Part shown: in pieces, positions 35,783 to 43,886 of the stretch | How positions within the stretch are numbered: the first letter of the stretch is position 1 | Layout: the number at the start of each line of letters is the position of its first letter | Assembly (NCBI RefSeq): GCF_031988865.1 | Contig: NZ_DALZXY010000002.1 | Span: 23,950 to 87,949, forward strand | DNA from: Arthrobacter sp. | GTDB taxonomy: Bacteria > Actinomycetota > Actinomycetes > Actinomycetales > Micrococcaceae | Length of the DNA: 64,000 nt | Direction of reading: 5' to 3' | Notes under the pieces: generated by a model | What the model was told of the DNA's origin: nothing | What the model saw: the letters and a program-made list of their open reading frames with translations, nothing else | Databases searched by the model: none | Translations under genes and position numbers: made by a program

Positions 35783-37543
35783 ATGGAAATGACCGAAACC
35801 AGCCTTGAATCTCCGCTGCTCGAAGTGACTGATCTCGCTGTCGGCTTCCAAACGATGGAAGGCCGGGTGCAGGCGGTCCGCAAGGCCGGGTTCAGCCTGA
35901 ACGCCGGCAAGACCCTGGCGATCGTGGGCGAATCCGGATCAGGAAAGTCCACCACGGCCATGGCAGTGATCGGGCTGCTGCCGGGCAACGGCAAGGTCTC
36001 CGGCGGCAGTATCCGATTTGACGGACAGGAACTCGTCGGCTTGCCTGAGTCCAAGATGCGGGCCATCCGCGGCCGGTCGATCGGGTTGGTGCCGCAGGAC
36101 CCGATGTCGAACCTGAATCCAGTGACGAAAATCGGTACCCAGGTGGCAGAGACGCTCCTGGTGCACGGCATGGCCACTGCCAAAGACGTAGACCGGAAGG
36201 TCGTGGAGGTACTCAGTGCCGCTGGGCTGCCGGACGCTGCTGAGCGGGCCAAACAGTATCCGCACGAATTCTCCGGCGGTATGCGCCAGCGCGCACTTAT
36301 TGCGATCGGCCTGGCCTGCCGGCCCCGGCTGCTGATCGCGGATGAACCCACAAGCGCCCTGGACGTTACGGTGCAGCGGACCATTCTGGACCAGATCGGG
36401 CGAATGACTGATGAGCTGGGTACCTCGGTCCTGCTGATCACCCACGATCTGGGCCTGGCCGCCGAACGTGCCTCCGACCTCGTTGTTATGCACCGCGGCG
36501 AAGTCGTGGAAACCGGCCCGGCCCGGCAGCTGCTGGAGGACCCGCAGCACCCCTACACCCAGTCTTTGGTCCGGGCAGCGCCCAGCGTGGCGGCGGTCCG
36601 GCTCACACCGGGTGCGCTGGCTGCCCCCGCCGCGCAGCGCCTGCACGCCGCCGAAACGCTGCTGGACGCCGGTGCCTCCACCAGTGCTGTCGACACGCTG
36701 GATGCCGGGACCACGAAGACGGCAACGGACGCGGAGCCGGTGCCGGAGAACATCGTGGAGATCCGGGATCTGTCCAAGGTCTACCGGATCCGCGGGCGCG
36801 CCGAAGACTTCCACGCGGTCCGTAATGTCAGTCTCGAGATTCCGCGCGGCCGGACCGTGGCCATTGTGGGGGAGTCCGGTTCGGGTAAAACGACAACAGC
36901 CAGGATGCTGCTGAAGCTGATTCCGCCGACCAGCGGCACCATGACCTTCGACGGCGTTGATATCGCGTCGCTGGAAAAGGGAGCGCTGCGCAGCTTCCGC
37001 CAGCGGGTCCAGCCAATCTTCCAGGATCCGTATTCGTCCCTGGATCCGATGTACACCATTGAGCGGATCCTGGAGGAACCGCTTAAGACGTACAAGCGGG
37101 GAGACCGGCGGGAACGGGCCGCGCGGGTCCGCGAACTGATGGAGCAGGTCGCGCTGCCGCCTTCGATGCTGGGGCGGTATCCCGCTGAACTGTCCGGCGG
37201 CCAGCGCCAGCGGGTGGCCATCGCCCGCGCCTTGGCGCTGAACCCGGAACTGATCGTCTGCGATGAACCGGTCTCCGCCCTGGACGTGCTGGTCCAGGCG
37301 CAGATCCTCAAACTGCTGGGCGACCTGCAGCGGGACCTCGGCCTGAGCTACCTGTTTATCTCCCATGACCTCGCTGTGGTCCGCCTGATCTCGGACTACG
37401 TCTGCGTGATGAAGGATGGCGAACTGGTTGAGGCAGCTTCTTCGGAAGAGGTCTTCCAGAATCCGCGGCACCCGTACACCCGTAAGCTCCTGGCCTCGAT
37501 TCCGGGCAATGAACTGAACATCGAAGGTGAACTCGCTTCGTAG
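35783..37543 (+). CDS. ABC transporter ATP-binding protein with duplicated ATPase domains (DppD-DppF fusion)
   Basis: Two full cassettes: GESGSGKST / FSGGMRQR / LIADEPTSALD, and GESGSGKTT / LSGGQRQR / IVCDEPVSALD. The start is ambiguous (TTG 35768, ATG 35783 or ATG 35789). Confidence 0.9.
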   Translation: MEMTETSLESPLLEVTDLAVGFQTMEGRVQAVRKAGFSLNAGKTLAIVGESGSGKSTTAMAVIGLLPGNGKVSGGSIRFDGQELVGLPESKMRAIRGRSIGLVPQDPMSNLNPVTKIGTQVAETLLVHGMATAKDVDRKVVEVLSAAGLPDAAERAKQYPHEFSGGMRQRALIAIGLACRPRLLIADEPTSALDVTVQRTILDQIGRMTDELGTSVLLITHDLGLAAERASDLVVMHRGEVVETGPARQLLEDPQHPYTQSLVRAAPSVAAVRLTPGALAAPAAQRLHAAETLLDAGASTSAVDTLDAGTTKTATDAEPVPENIVEIRDLSKVYRIRGRAEDFHAVRNVSLEIPRGRTVAIVGESGSGKTTTARMLLKLIPPTSGTMTFDGVDIASLEKGALRSFRQRVQPIFQDPYSSLDPMYTIERILEEPLKTYKRGDRRERAARVRELMEQVALPPSMLGRYPAELSGGQRQRVAIARALALNPELIVCDEPVSALDVLVQAQILKLLGDLQRDLGLSYLFISHDLAVVRLISDYVCVMKDGELVEAASSEEVFQNPRHPYTRKLLASIPGNELNIEGELAS

Positions 37544-37590
37544 CCGGCCACCGGCAGCGGCCCGGGTCAGGCCAACAAAGGCAGAACCAC

Positions 37591-37632
37591 AAAGGCAGGG
37601 CCCGCTCCCCGAGGGGAGCGGGCCCTGCCTTT
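37591..37632. terminator. Bidirectional terminator between convergent ATPase and permease genes
   Basis: AAAGGCAGGGCCCGCTCCCC pairs with GGGGAGCGGGCCCTGCCTTT, giving a perfect stem of about 18-20 bp with A-rich and T-rich flanks. Confidence 0.7.
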
Positions 37633-37674
37633 GCCTGCCCGGACCTGCGGCTGCCTCGGCAGCTGCCGGAGGGG

Positions 37675-38616
37675 CTATTTGCGCCTGGTCTTCGGGTCGA
37701 GCGCTTCGCGCAGCGATTCGCCCAGCAGGGTGAAGCCCAGCGCAGTGACGGCGATGCAGATACCCGGCAGGAACGCCAGCTGCGGCGCCACGGCCAGTTC
37801 GTTCTGCGCGTAGGTGAGCATCCTGCCCCATTCCGCTGTTTCCGGGCGTCCGCCGCCGAGCCCCAGGAAGGAGAGGGCTGCGGCGTCGATCACGGCCGTG
37901 GCCAATGTCAGGGTTGCCTGCACAATCACCGGACCAACACTGTTGGGCAGCAGATGGCTCATGGTGATGGTCCGCCGGCTCAGTCCCAGTGCCTGGGCCG
38001 AGAGCACATAGTCGGCCCCGCGCTGGCTAATCATCGAGGAGCGCAGGAGCCGGGCAAAAATCGGCACCTGCGAGACGCCGATGGCGATCATCACGGCTGA
38101 CGGCACCTGTCCCAGGACGGCCGCGATGCTTACCGCGAGCAGCAGGTTGGGCACGGAGAGCAGGATGTCTACAAAACGCATGATGACGTTGTCCACCCAG
38201 CCGCCGAGTCCGCCGGCGATGACGCCCAGCAGCATCCCGCCTACGAGGCCGAGGGCGGTGGAGACGACGCCGATGAGCAGGGAGGCGCGGGCGCCCCAGA
38301 TGAGCTTGGACAGCACATCCCCGCCGAACCGGTCCAGGCCCAGGGGATAGCCCTCGATGTCACCTGGGCCGGGAATCGACGTCGGGGTGATCTCGGTGCG
38401 TCCAGGCAGGTCCTCGCCGCCGTAGGGGGCAAGGAAGGGTGCGAAGATGGCGACCAGGACGAACAGGCCGACGATCACGGCTCCGGCGACAGCCGCAGGG
38501 TTGCGCCGCAGCCTGCGGAACGCGTCCCGCCACATTCCGCTCCCGCGGATCTCGGGAGCTGTCGGCTCTTCGGGCCGGAGCGCTCCGCCGGCTGGAGGTG
38601 GAAGAACTGTACTCAT
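37675..38616 (-). CDS. Peptide-type ABC transporter permease (DppC-like)
   Basis: 313 aa hydrophobic protein. The start overlaps the upstream permease stop by 4 nt. Confidence 0.9.
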   Translation of the reverse strand: MSTVLPPPAGGALRPEEPTAPEIRGSGMWRDAFRRLRRNPAAVAGAVIVGLFVLVAIFAPFLAPYGGEDLPGRTEITPTSIPGPGDIEGYPLGLDRFGGDVLSKLIWGARASLLIGVVSTALGLVGGMLLGVIAGGLGGWVDNVIMRFVDILLSVPNLLLAVSIAAVLGQVPSAVMIAIGVSQVPIFARLLRSSMISQRGADYVLSAQALGLSRRTITMSHLLPNSVGPVIVQATLTLATAVIDAAALSFLGLGGGRPETAEWGRMLTYAQNELAVAPQLAFLPGICIAVTALGFTLLGESLREALDPKTRRK

Positions 38617-39617
38617 TGCACCCTCACCCTCGGATCGATGAAGCCGTAGGACACATCAACCAGGAGGTTGATGAGTGAGTAGGCCACGGCGATGAAGACG
38701 ATGAACCCCTGCAGCACGGGGTAGTCCAGGTTGAAGATGGCATCCCGGAGGAACCTGCCGACGCCGCTGAAGGCGAAGACCGTTTCCGTCAGCACCGCCC
38801 CGGAGATCAGCAGCCCTGTCTGCAGGCCGATGGTAGTGGTCACCGGGAGCATCGCATTGCGAAGCACAAACCGGTTCCGGATGGTCTTCTCCATCAGGCC
38901 CTTGGCCCGGGCCGTCCGGACGTAGTCCGCTCCCTGCACTTCGAGGACCGAGGCACGGGTAATCCGCACGATGATCGCCAGCGGAATGGTACCCAGGGCG
39001 ATGCCGGGGAGGACCAGGTGCATCAAGGCGTCCCAGGACGCGTCCCACTCCCTGGTCAGTATCCCGTCCAAAACATAGAAGTCCGTGACATGCGTTGCGT
39101 TAATGCGCGGGTCCTGCCGTCCGTCGGTCGGGAAGATCGGCACCTGGATGGCAAGCATCCACTTCAGGATGAAGGCCAGGAAGAACACCGGAACGGTAAT
39201 GCCGATCAGGGAGAGGACCACTGATGAGTGGTCCCAGAACCTGCCGTAGTGGCGGGCAGCGAGGTAGCCCAGGGGAATACCGATGCCGATGGCAAAAATG
39301 AGGGCGACGGCCGCCAGCTCCAGGGTCGCCGGGAACCGGGTGGCGAACTCCTCCAGCACAGGGCGTCCCGTGACCGTGGATACACCGAAGTCGCCCCGGA
39401 TGAGTTTGCCGACGTAGGTGAAGTACTGCTCAAGCAGGGGACGGTCGAAGCCATAGGCCTCGTTGATTCGGGCAATCGCCTCAGGCGTGGCCTTTTCGCC
39501 AAGGAGGGCAGTGGCGGGGCCGCCCGGAAGGTTGCGGACCCAGACAAACAAAAGGATGGACAAGCCGATCAGGGTCGGGATCAGCATTAGCAGGCGTTTG
39601 CCTATTACTTGCAGCAC
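38613..39617 (-). CDS. Peptide-type ABC transporter permease (DppB-like)
   Basis: 334 aa with six helices. N-terminus MLQVIGKRLLMLIPTLIGLSILLF, typical of DppB/OppB. Confidence 0.9.
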   Translation of the reverse strand: MLQVIGKRLLMLIPTLIGLSILLFVWVRNLPGGPATALLGEKATPEAIARINEAYGFDRPLLEQYFTYVGKLIRGDFGVSTVTGRPVLEEFATRFPATLELAAVALIFAIGIGIPLGYLAARHYGRFWDHSSVVLSLIGITVPVFFLAFILKWMLAIQVPIFPTDGRQDPRINATHVTDFYVLDGILTREWDASWDALMHLVLPGIALGTIPLAIIVRITRASVLEVQGADYVRTARAKGLMEKTIRNRFVLRNAMLPVTTTIGLQTGLLISGAVLTETVFAFSGVGRFLRDAIFNLDYPVLQGFIVFIAVAYSLINLLVDVSYGFIDPRVRVQ

Positions 39618-39710
39618 GAGTGTCCTTTCTCAGCCGGTTCCCGGGCTGGGGAAAAGTCGAGGACAGAACGGGCCGGGACCCAGCACGCTGGGTCCCGGCC
39701 CGGGTCGCCG

Positions 39711-41405
39711 CTACTTGTTGAGTTTGATCTGGTTGAACACTTCGTCGTTGACCGGGCTCGCGGGGTAGGAATCCACACGATCGGAGAACGCCAGCGACGG
39801 CGCCGGATGGGCCAGCGGGACGGCCGGCATGAACTTGGCGATGTCGTCGTTGATCTTCTCGTACATCGGGGTCTGCTCCTCCAGGCTGCTGACCTGGCGG
39901 GCGGCCTCGAGCTCGTTGAAGATGTCCGGATTGTTGAAGCCGAATTCCGGCTTCTCCGCGCCGAAGAAGACGCCCACGAAGTTGTCCGTGTCGTTGTAGT
40001 CGCCGGTCCAGCCGAGCAGGTGGATGCCGTGGTCTTCGGTGGCCTGCACCCGGTCAAGGTAGTCCGGTGACCACTTGCTCGGCTGCGGGTTGACCTTGAT
40101 GCCCACGTCCGCCAACTGCGCGGAGATGTTCGAGAACACCTGCTCCGGCGTCGGCATGTACGGGCGGGAGACACCGGTCGGGTAGTTGAAGTCCACCGTG
40201 AATCCGTCCGGGTAGCCGGCTTCGGCCAGAAGTGCCTTGGCCTTCTCCGGGTCGTACTCGTACGTGGTGACGTCCTCGTTGTAGCCGTTGACCACGTCAG
40301 GGATGAACTGCGAGGCGACCTTGGTGCCCTTGGGCAGGGTCTGGTCCACCAGCGCCTGCTTGTCAATCGCGTGGGCGATCGCCTGGCGGACCAGCGGGTC
40401 GGCCAGCTGTTCGACCTTCTGGTTCATGCCCAGGTACAGGATCGTGAACGGATCACGCGGGATGACCTTGAAGCCGGCGTCGGCCAGGGCCTGGGTATCG
40501 GCCGGGGCCACCAGGTCGTAACCGTCAATCGAGCCGGACTCCAGGGACTGGCGCCGGGAGTTCGGGTCATCGATGACACGGAAGATGATGTCGGTGACCT
40601 GTCCCTGCTCGCCCCAGTAGTCGTCATACGCGGAGAGGGTGATCTGGTTGCCGACCTCCCAGCCGTCGAACTTGAACGGACCGGTACCGGTGGGGTGCTC
40701 CTTCGCGTAGGAGGTCAGCTCGGGTGCCTCCGCGGTACCGGAAGCGTCATCCGCTGCGAACTCTTCCATCGCGGACGGGCTCTGCATGGAGAACGCGGGC
40801 AGGGAAAGCGCGGCAATGAAACCGGCAAACGGCTTGGCCAGCGTAATGACGGCTTCGTTGTCGGCTGTCGCTTCACAGGACTCGTAGGTGGCGGTCTCCG
40901 GGGTATCGGCGAAACCCTTGAAGAGTTTGCTGTAGTAGTAGGCCTGGCTTTCGGCCTGCTGGATACCGGCGAAGTTGTACCAGCGGTCGAAGTTGCTGCA
41001 GACGGCCTCGCCGTTGAACGGGGTGCCGTCGTGGAACGTGACGCCCTCTTCGAGCGCGAACGTGTAAGTCAGAGCGTCCTCCGAGGTTTCCCAGGACTTG
41101 GCCAGCAGTGGTGCCGGGTCTGCTGTTCCCGGTTTCACGCCAACCAGGCCTTCAAAGACCTGGCGGCTGACGCGGAAGGATTCGCCGTCTGAGGCGAAGG
41201 CCGGGTCCAGGGTCTTGGGGTCGGATGAAGCAGCGAATACAAACGTTCCGTCAACTTCCGAAGCGCTCGTGGCGTCGTCGCCGGCCTCGCGGTTGCTTTG
41301 GGCGCAGCCGGAGAGCACCAGTGCGCTCATGGCCAGCCCGGCGGTCAGCGCGGCTGCGCGTCTCCGGGAGCGCCGGCTGGGAGTGAATCTGCCAGCAAGG
41401 GTCAT
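39711..41405 (-). CDS. ABC transporter substrate-binding lipoprotein, family 5 (peptide type), copy 2
   Basis: I chose the start MTLAGRFTPSRRSRRRAAALTAGLAMSALVLSGCAQ (ATG 41405, GAGGAG upstream). The listed ORF runs 167 codons further upstream with no homology-like sequence. Confidence 0.9.
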   Translation of the reverse strand: MTLAGRFTPSRRSRRRAAALTAGLAMSALVLSGCAQSNREAGDDATSASEVDGTFVFAASSDPKTLDPAFASDGESFRVSRQVFEGLVGVKPGTADPAPLLAKSWETSEDALTYTFALEEGVTFHDGTPFNGEAVCSNFDRWYNFAGIQQAESQAYYYSKLFKGFADTPETATYESCEATADNEAVITLAKPFAGFIAALSLPAFSMQSPSAMEEFAADDASGTAEAPELTSYAKEHPTGTGPFKFDGWEVGNQITLSAYDDYWGEQGQVTDIIFRVIDDPNSRRQSLESGSIDGYDLVAPADTQALADAGFKVIPRDPFTILYLGMNQKVEQLADPLVRQAIAHAIDKQALVDQTLPKGTKVASQFIPDVVNGYNEDVTTYEYDPEKAKALLAEAGYPDGFTVDFNYPTGVSRPYMPTPEQVFSNISAQLADVGIKVNPQPSKWSPDYLDRVQATEDHGIHLLGWTGDYNDTDNFVGVFFGAEKPEFGFNNPDIFNELEAARQVSSLEEQTPMYEKINDDIAKFMPAVPLAHPAPSLAFSDRVDSYPASPVNDEVFNQIKLNK

Positions 41406-41633
41406 TGTTATCTCCTCTGGGGCGGTGAATCCGGACGGCGGACTGGCCGGCGGACGGGATGTGATGTGGAACACAGGTGCAATGACAGAGAGCCTAATGG
41501 CACCGGGCAGGTGGTTTGGGACGCTAAGTGGGTTCGGCGCGGTCACAATTCGGTTAAGCCGGGGCGGCAGCTCCTGGCTGACTTGGTGTGGAAGCGGTGG
41601 ACACCGGCCATCCACGGCCGTAGCTTCGGAAGA

Positions 41634-41804
41634 ATGAGTTCCTCTCCGTCTGCAGCACATCCGGCCGGAAGCGGCCAGGCGCTCGCCGTGCTTGCCGCCG
41701 GCGCCATTGCGGGGCTGGCGGCAGTGGCGGCCGCGGCAGCACTGCGCAGGATGCTTCGGCGCCCGGCCATAACCTCTGCGGTCCGCGGGCGGCCAGACGT
41801 GTGA
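41634..41804 (+). CDS. Candidate 56-aa single-pass membrane protein (speculative)
   Basis: MSSSPSAAHPAGSGQALAVLAAGAIAGLAAVAAAAALRRMLRRPAITSAVRGRPDV has one clear hydrophobic helix followed by basic residues. The SD is weak (GGAAG, short spacing). It is in frame with the tail of the listed 41298..41804 ORF. Confidence 0.25.
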   Translation: MSSSPSAAHPAGSGQALAVLAAGAIAGLAAVAAAAALRRMLRRPAITSAVRGRPDV

Positions 41805-41848
41805 AACAGCTCTCAAAATCCCCCTGATTTCGCTTTTGCGAAAAACTA

Positions 41849-41874
41849 CTGGTAGAGTTTCATGTCGTTGCGGA
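41849..41874 (+). promoter_or_regulatory. Promoter-like box upstream of tRNA-Lys copy 1
   Basis: CTGGTAGAGTTTCATGTCGTTGCGGA contains an extended -10 (TGgTAGAGT). 23 of 26 positions match the box upstream of copy 2. Confidence 0.4.
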
Positions 41875-41921
41875 GGAAAAACTGCGGAAATTTCCGGCAG
41901 TTCCAACCCCCAAAACTGCCA

Positions 41922-41994
41922 GCACCTCTAGCTCAATTGGCAGAGCAATTGACTCTTAATCAATGGGTTCCGGGTTCAAGTCCCGGGGGGTGCA
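41922..41994 (+). tRNA. tRNA-Lys (anticodon CTT), copy 1
   Basis: Hand-folded cloverleaf. Acceptor GCACCTC/GGGGTGC, D arm GCTC..GAGC, anticodon stem ATTGA/TCAAT with loop CTCTTAA, T arm CCGGG-TTCAAGT-CCCGG, discriminator A. No encoded CCA. Confidence 0.95.
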
Positions 41995-42109
41995 CAGCGC
42001 AGATACCCCGCGTCATCCGGCTGTAAAGCCAGGTGGGGCGGGGTTCTTCGTTCCGGTGGCCGGCAGCCAGGTTCCGCACACGGACGTTGGTTCGGCCCCG
42101 GCTGAAAAG

Positions 42110-42135
42110 CTGGTAGAGTAACTTGTCGTTGCGGA
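42110..42135 (+). promoter_or_regulatory. Promoter-like box upstream of tRNA-Lys copy 2
   Basis: CTGGTAGAGTAACTTGTCGTTGCGGA carries the same extended -10 motif as at 41849. Confidence 0.4.
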
Positions 42136-42207
42136 TCGCCGCGGACCGGGAAACCGGCCCGGGAGAACCGTCGGCGGGGAACCGCCGCCACCGCATCACA
42201 CCGCCAA

Positions 42208-42280
42208 GCACCTCTAGCTCAATTGGCAGAGCAATTGACTCTTAATCAATGGGTTCCGGGTTCAAGTCCCGGGGGGTGCA
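42208..42280 (+). tRNA. tRNA-Lys (anticodon CTT), copy 2
   Basis: 73 nt, identical to 41922..41994. Confidence 0.95.
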
Positions 42281-42284
42281 CAGT

Positions 42285-42327
42285 AAATCCCTGTCGGAAG
42301 GCACTGCCTTCCGACAGGGATTTTTTT
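42285..42327 (+). terminator. Rho-independent terminator after the tRNA-Lys pair
   Basis: AAATCCCTGTCGGAAGG-cactg-CCTTCCGACAGGGATTT is a 17-bp perfect stem running into a run of seven T. Confidence 0.8.
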
Positions 42328-42491
42328 GCTTTCCGGCACCTGTGTCCAGGAGGGGCACCCCTAGCGGCAGCCCGCAGCAGATTTCCCAGGATGCGTGCTG
42401 CGAGGTTTCCCGCGTTGGGTCGGCGGGCCGGGCTGAGTCGGCGTGCCCGTCATAAGGCAGGCTCCAATACACCCGGCCGGTTAAACAGCAA

Positions 42492-42519
42492 CGTGCACGC
42501 TCCTGGCGGAGCGTGCACG
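42492..42519 (-). terminator. Hairpin downstream of the MarR gene
   Basis: CGTGCACGCTCC-tggc-GGAGCGTGCACG is a 12-bp perfect stem. On the minus strand TTGCTGTTT follows. Confidence 0.5.
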
Positions 42520-42568
42520 CAAAAGGCTTGGGTGTCGGGTGGTCCCCGCTACGGCCGGCAGTGCCCGG

Positions 42569-43078
42569 CTAGGCGGTCTGTTGTGCCGAGGTGTCCGGTG
42601 CCGCTTCGAGAGGAGTCTCAAGCGGGACGGGGAGTCCGGGAACGTCGACGGCCATATGCCAGCGGGGGTTGCCGAGTTCGCGGATAACCTTGCGCAGCTG
42701 GCTGCGCAGGTCTTCGGACAGCAGTTCTTCGCCGTCGAGCAGGGTGCGCTCAATGTCGTGTGCCTCGTGCAGGGCTTCAAGGCCCGCCGGGGTGATTGAA
42801 ACCATGTGGCTGCGCTTGTCCAGGTCGTTTCGGACGCGGGTGACGTGTCCGTGCGCTTCCAGCCTGGCGAGCGTTTTGCCCATGGTCTGGGCCTGAACGC
42901 GGACCAGCTGGGCGAGGTGCGCCTGGGTCATGGGGCCCTGGGAATCCAGGACGCCAAGGGCGATGACGCCTGCGTGGGTCACGCCTATCCGGACAAGGCG
43001 CTCGTTCCAGGCATGCTCCACCAATCGCGCGGCTGTTGATAAAAGGCGACCGGTGGGCCAATGCTCCATATCGGGCAT
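42569..43078 (-). CDS. MarR family transcriptional regulator (cysteine-free)
   Basis: Winged-helix core MTQAHLAQLVRVQAQTMGKTLARLEAHGHVTRVRNDLDKRSHMVSITPAG. I chose the start MPDMEHW (ATG 43078, GGAAGAG upstream). The listed start at 43156 is also possible. Confidence 0.8.
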   Translation of the reverse strand: MPDMEHWPTGRLLSTAARLVEHAWNERLVRIGVTHAGVIALGVLDSQGPMTQAHLAQLVRVQAQTMGKTLARLEAHGHVTRVRNDLDKRSHMVSITPAGLEALHEAHDIERTLLDGEELLSEDLRSQLRKVIRELGNPRWHMAVDVPGLPVPLETPLEAAPDTSAQQTA

Positions 43079-43222
43079 AAAACTGAACTCTTCCTTTCGA
43101 GTACGGATTTCCGCGGCCAATCGGATAGCCTCAAATCCACTGTCTAGGATAGCCATCCGAAAGCCTGCTGTCGTCCTGTGACACAGCCGATGCGCAATCG
43201 ATACCGAAGGAGCACCTGTTTA

Positions 43223-43690
43223 ATGCCAAGACTAACCGTTGGTGACACCGCACCGGATTTCACCCTGACGGCGTCGGATTCCTCCGTCGTATCGCTCGCG
43301 GACCTTCGTGGGCGCAGCGTCATTGTTTACTTCTACCCTGCGGCCGCAACCCCGGGTTGCACCAAGGAAGCCTGCGACTTCCGCGACAACCTGAACTCGC
43401 TGGCCTCCGCCGGGTATGCCGTGCTGGGGATTTCCCCGGACAAGACGGAAAAGCTGGCCAAATTCGCTGCGGATGAAGCCCTCACCTTCCCGCTGCTGTC
43501 GGATCCGGACCACGCCGTGGCCGAGCTCTACGGCGCCTGGGGCGAAAAGAAGAACTACGGCAAGGTTTACGAGGGCCTGATCCGGTCCACCGTTGTGGTG
43601 GATCCGGAAGGCAGGATTTCCCTTGCCCAGTACAACGTGCGGGCCACCGGTCATGTTGCCAAGCTCCGCCGTGATCTCGGTCTCGACTAA
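43223..43690 (+). CDS. bcp: Thioredoxin-dependent peroxiredoxin Bcp
   Basis: MPRLTVGDTAPDFTL...FYPAAATPGCTKEAC (peroxidatic Cys in TPGCT). GAAGGAG lies upstream of ATG 43223. The listed ORF starts earlier, at 43178. Confidence 0.9.
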   Translation: MPRLTVGDTAPDFTLTASDSSVVSLADLRGRSVIVYFYPAAATPGCTKEACDFRDNLNSLASAGYAVLGISPDKTEKLAKFAADEALTFPLLSDPDHAVAELYGAWGEKKNYGKVYEGLIRSTVVVDPEGRISLAQYNVRATGHVAKLRRDLGLD

Positions 43691-43742
43691 ACCTCGGGTA
43701 CACTAAAGGCTGGCTTTTGCCCGGGTAACCGGTGCAGGCCGC

Positions 43743-43824
<82 letters not shown>

Positions 43825-43833
43825 CACATACAG

Positions 43834-43866
43834 AACGCCCCGGTCATGGGACCGGGGCGTTTTTTT
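43834..43866 (+). terminator. Rho-independent terminator after tRNA-Leu
   Basis: AACGCCCCGGTC-atgg-GACCGGGGCGTT is followed by TTTTT. Confidence 0.8.
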
Positions 43867-43886
43867 GCGCGCTAGGCTTTTGTTGC

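Noticed and set aside
35939-37831. 630-aa minus-strand ORF.
   Set aside because: It is antisense to the double-cassette ABC ATPase, whose two Walker A / signature / Walker B sets read on the plus strand. It also runs across the bidirectional terminator.
41406-41906. 167-codon N-terminal extension of binding protein 2 in the listed 731-aa ORF.
   Set aside because: The signal peptide and lipobox begin at the SD-preceded ATG 41405. The extension is Arg/Pro/Cys-rich nonsense and would bury the signal peptide.
41922-42280. Duplicated tRNA-Lys as the attL/attR signature of an integrated element.
   Set aside because: Both copies are full-length and only 213 nt apart. Nothing is encoded between them, and no integrase or partial 3'-tRNA repeat occurs elsewhere in the window.
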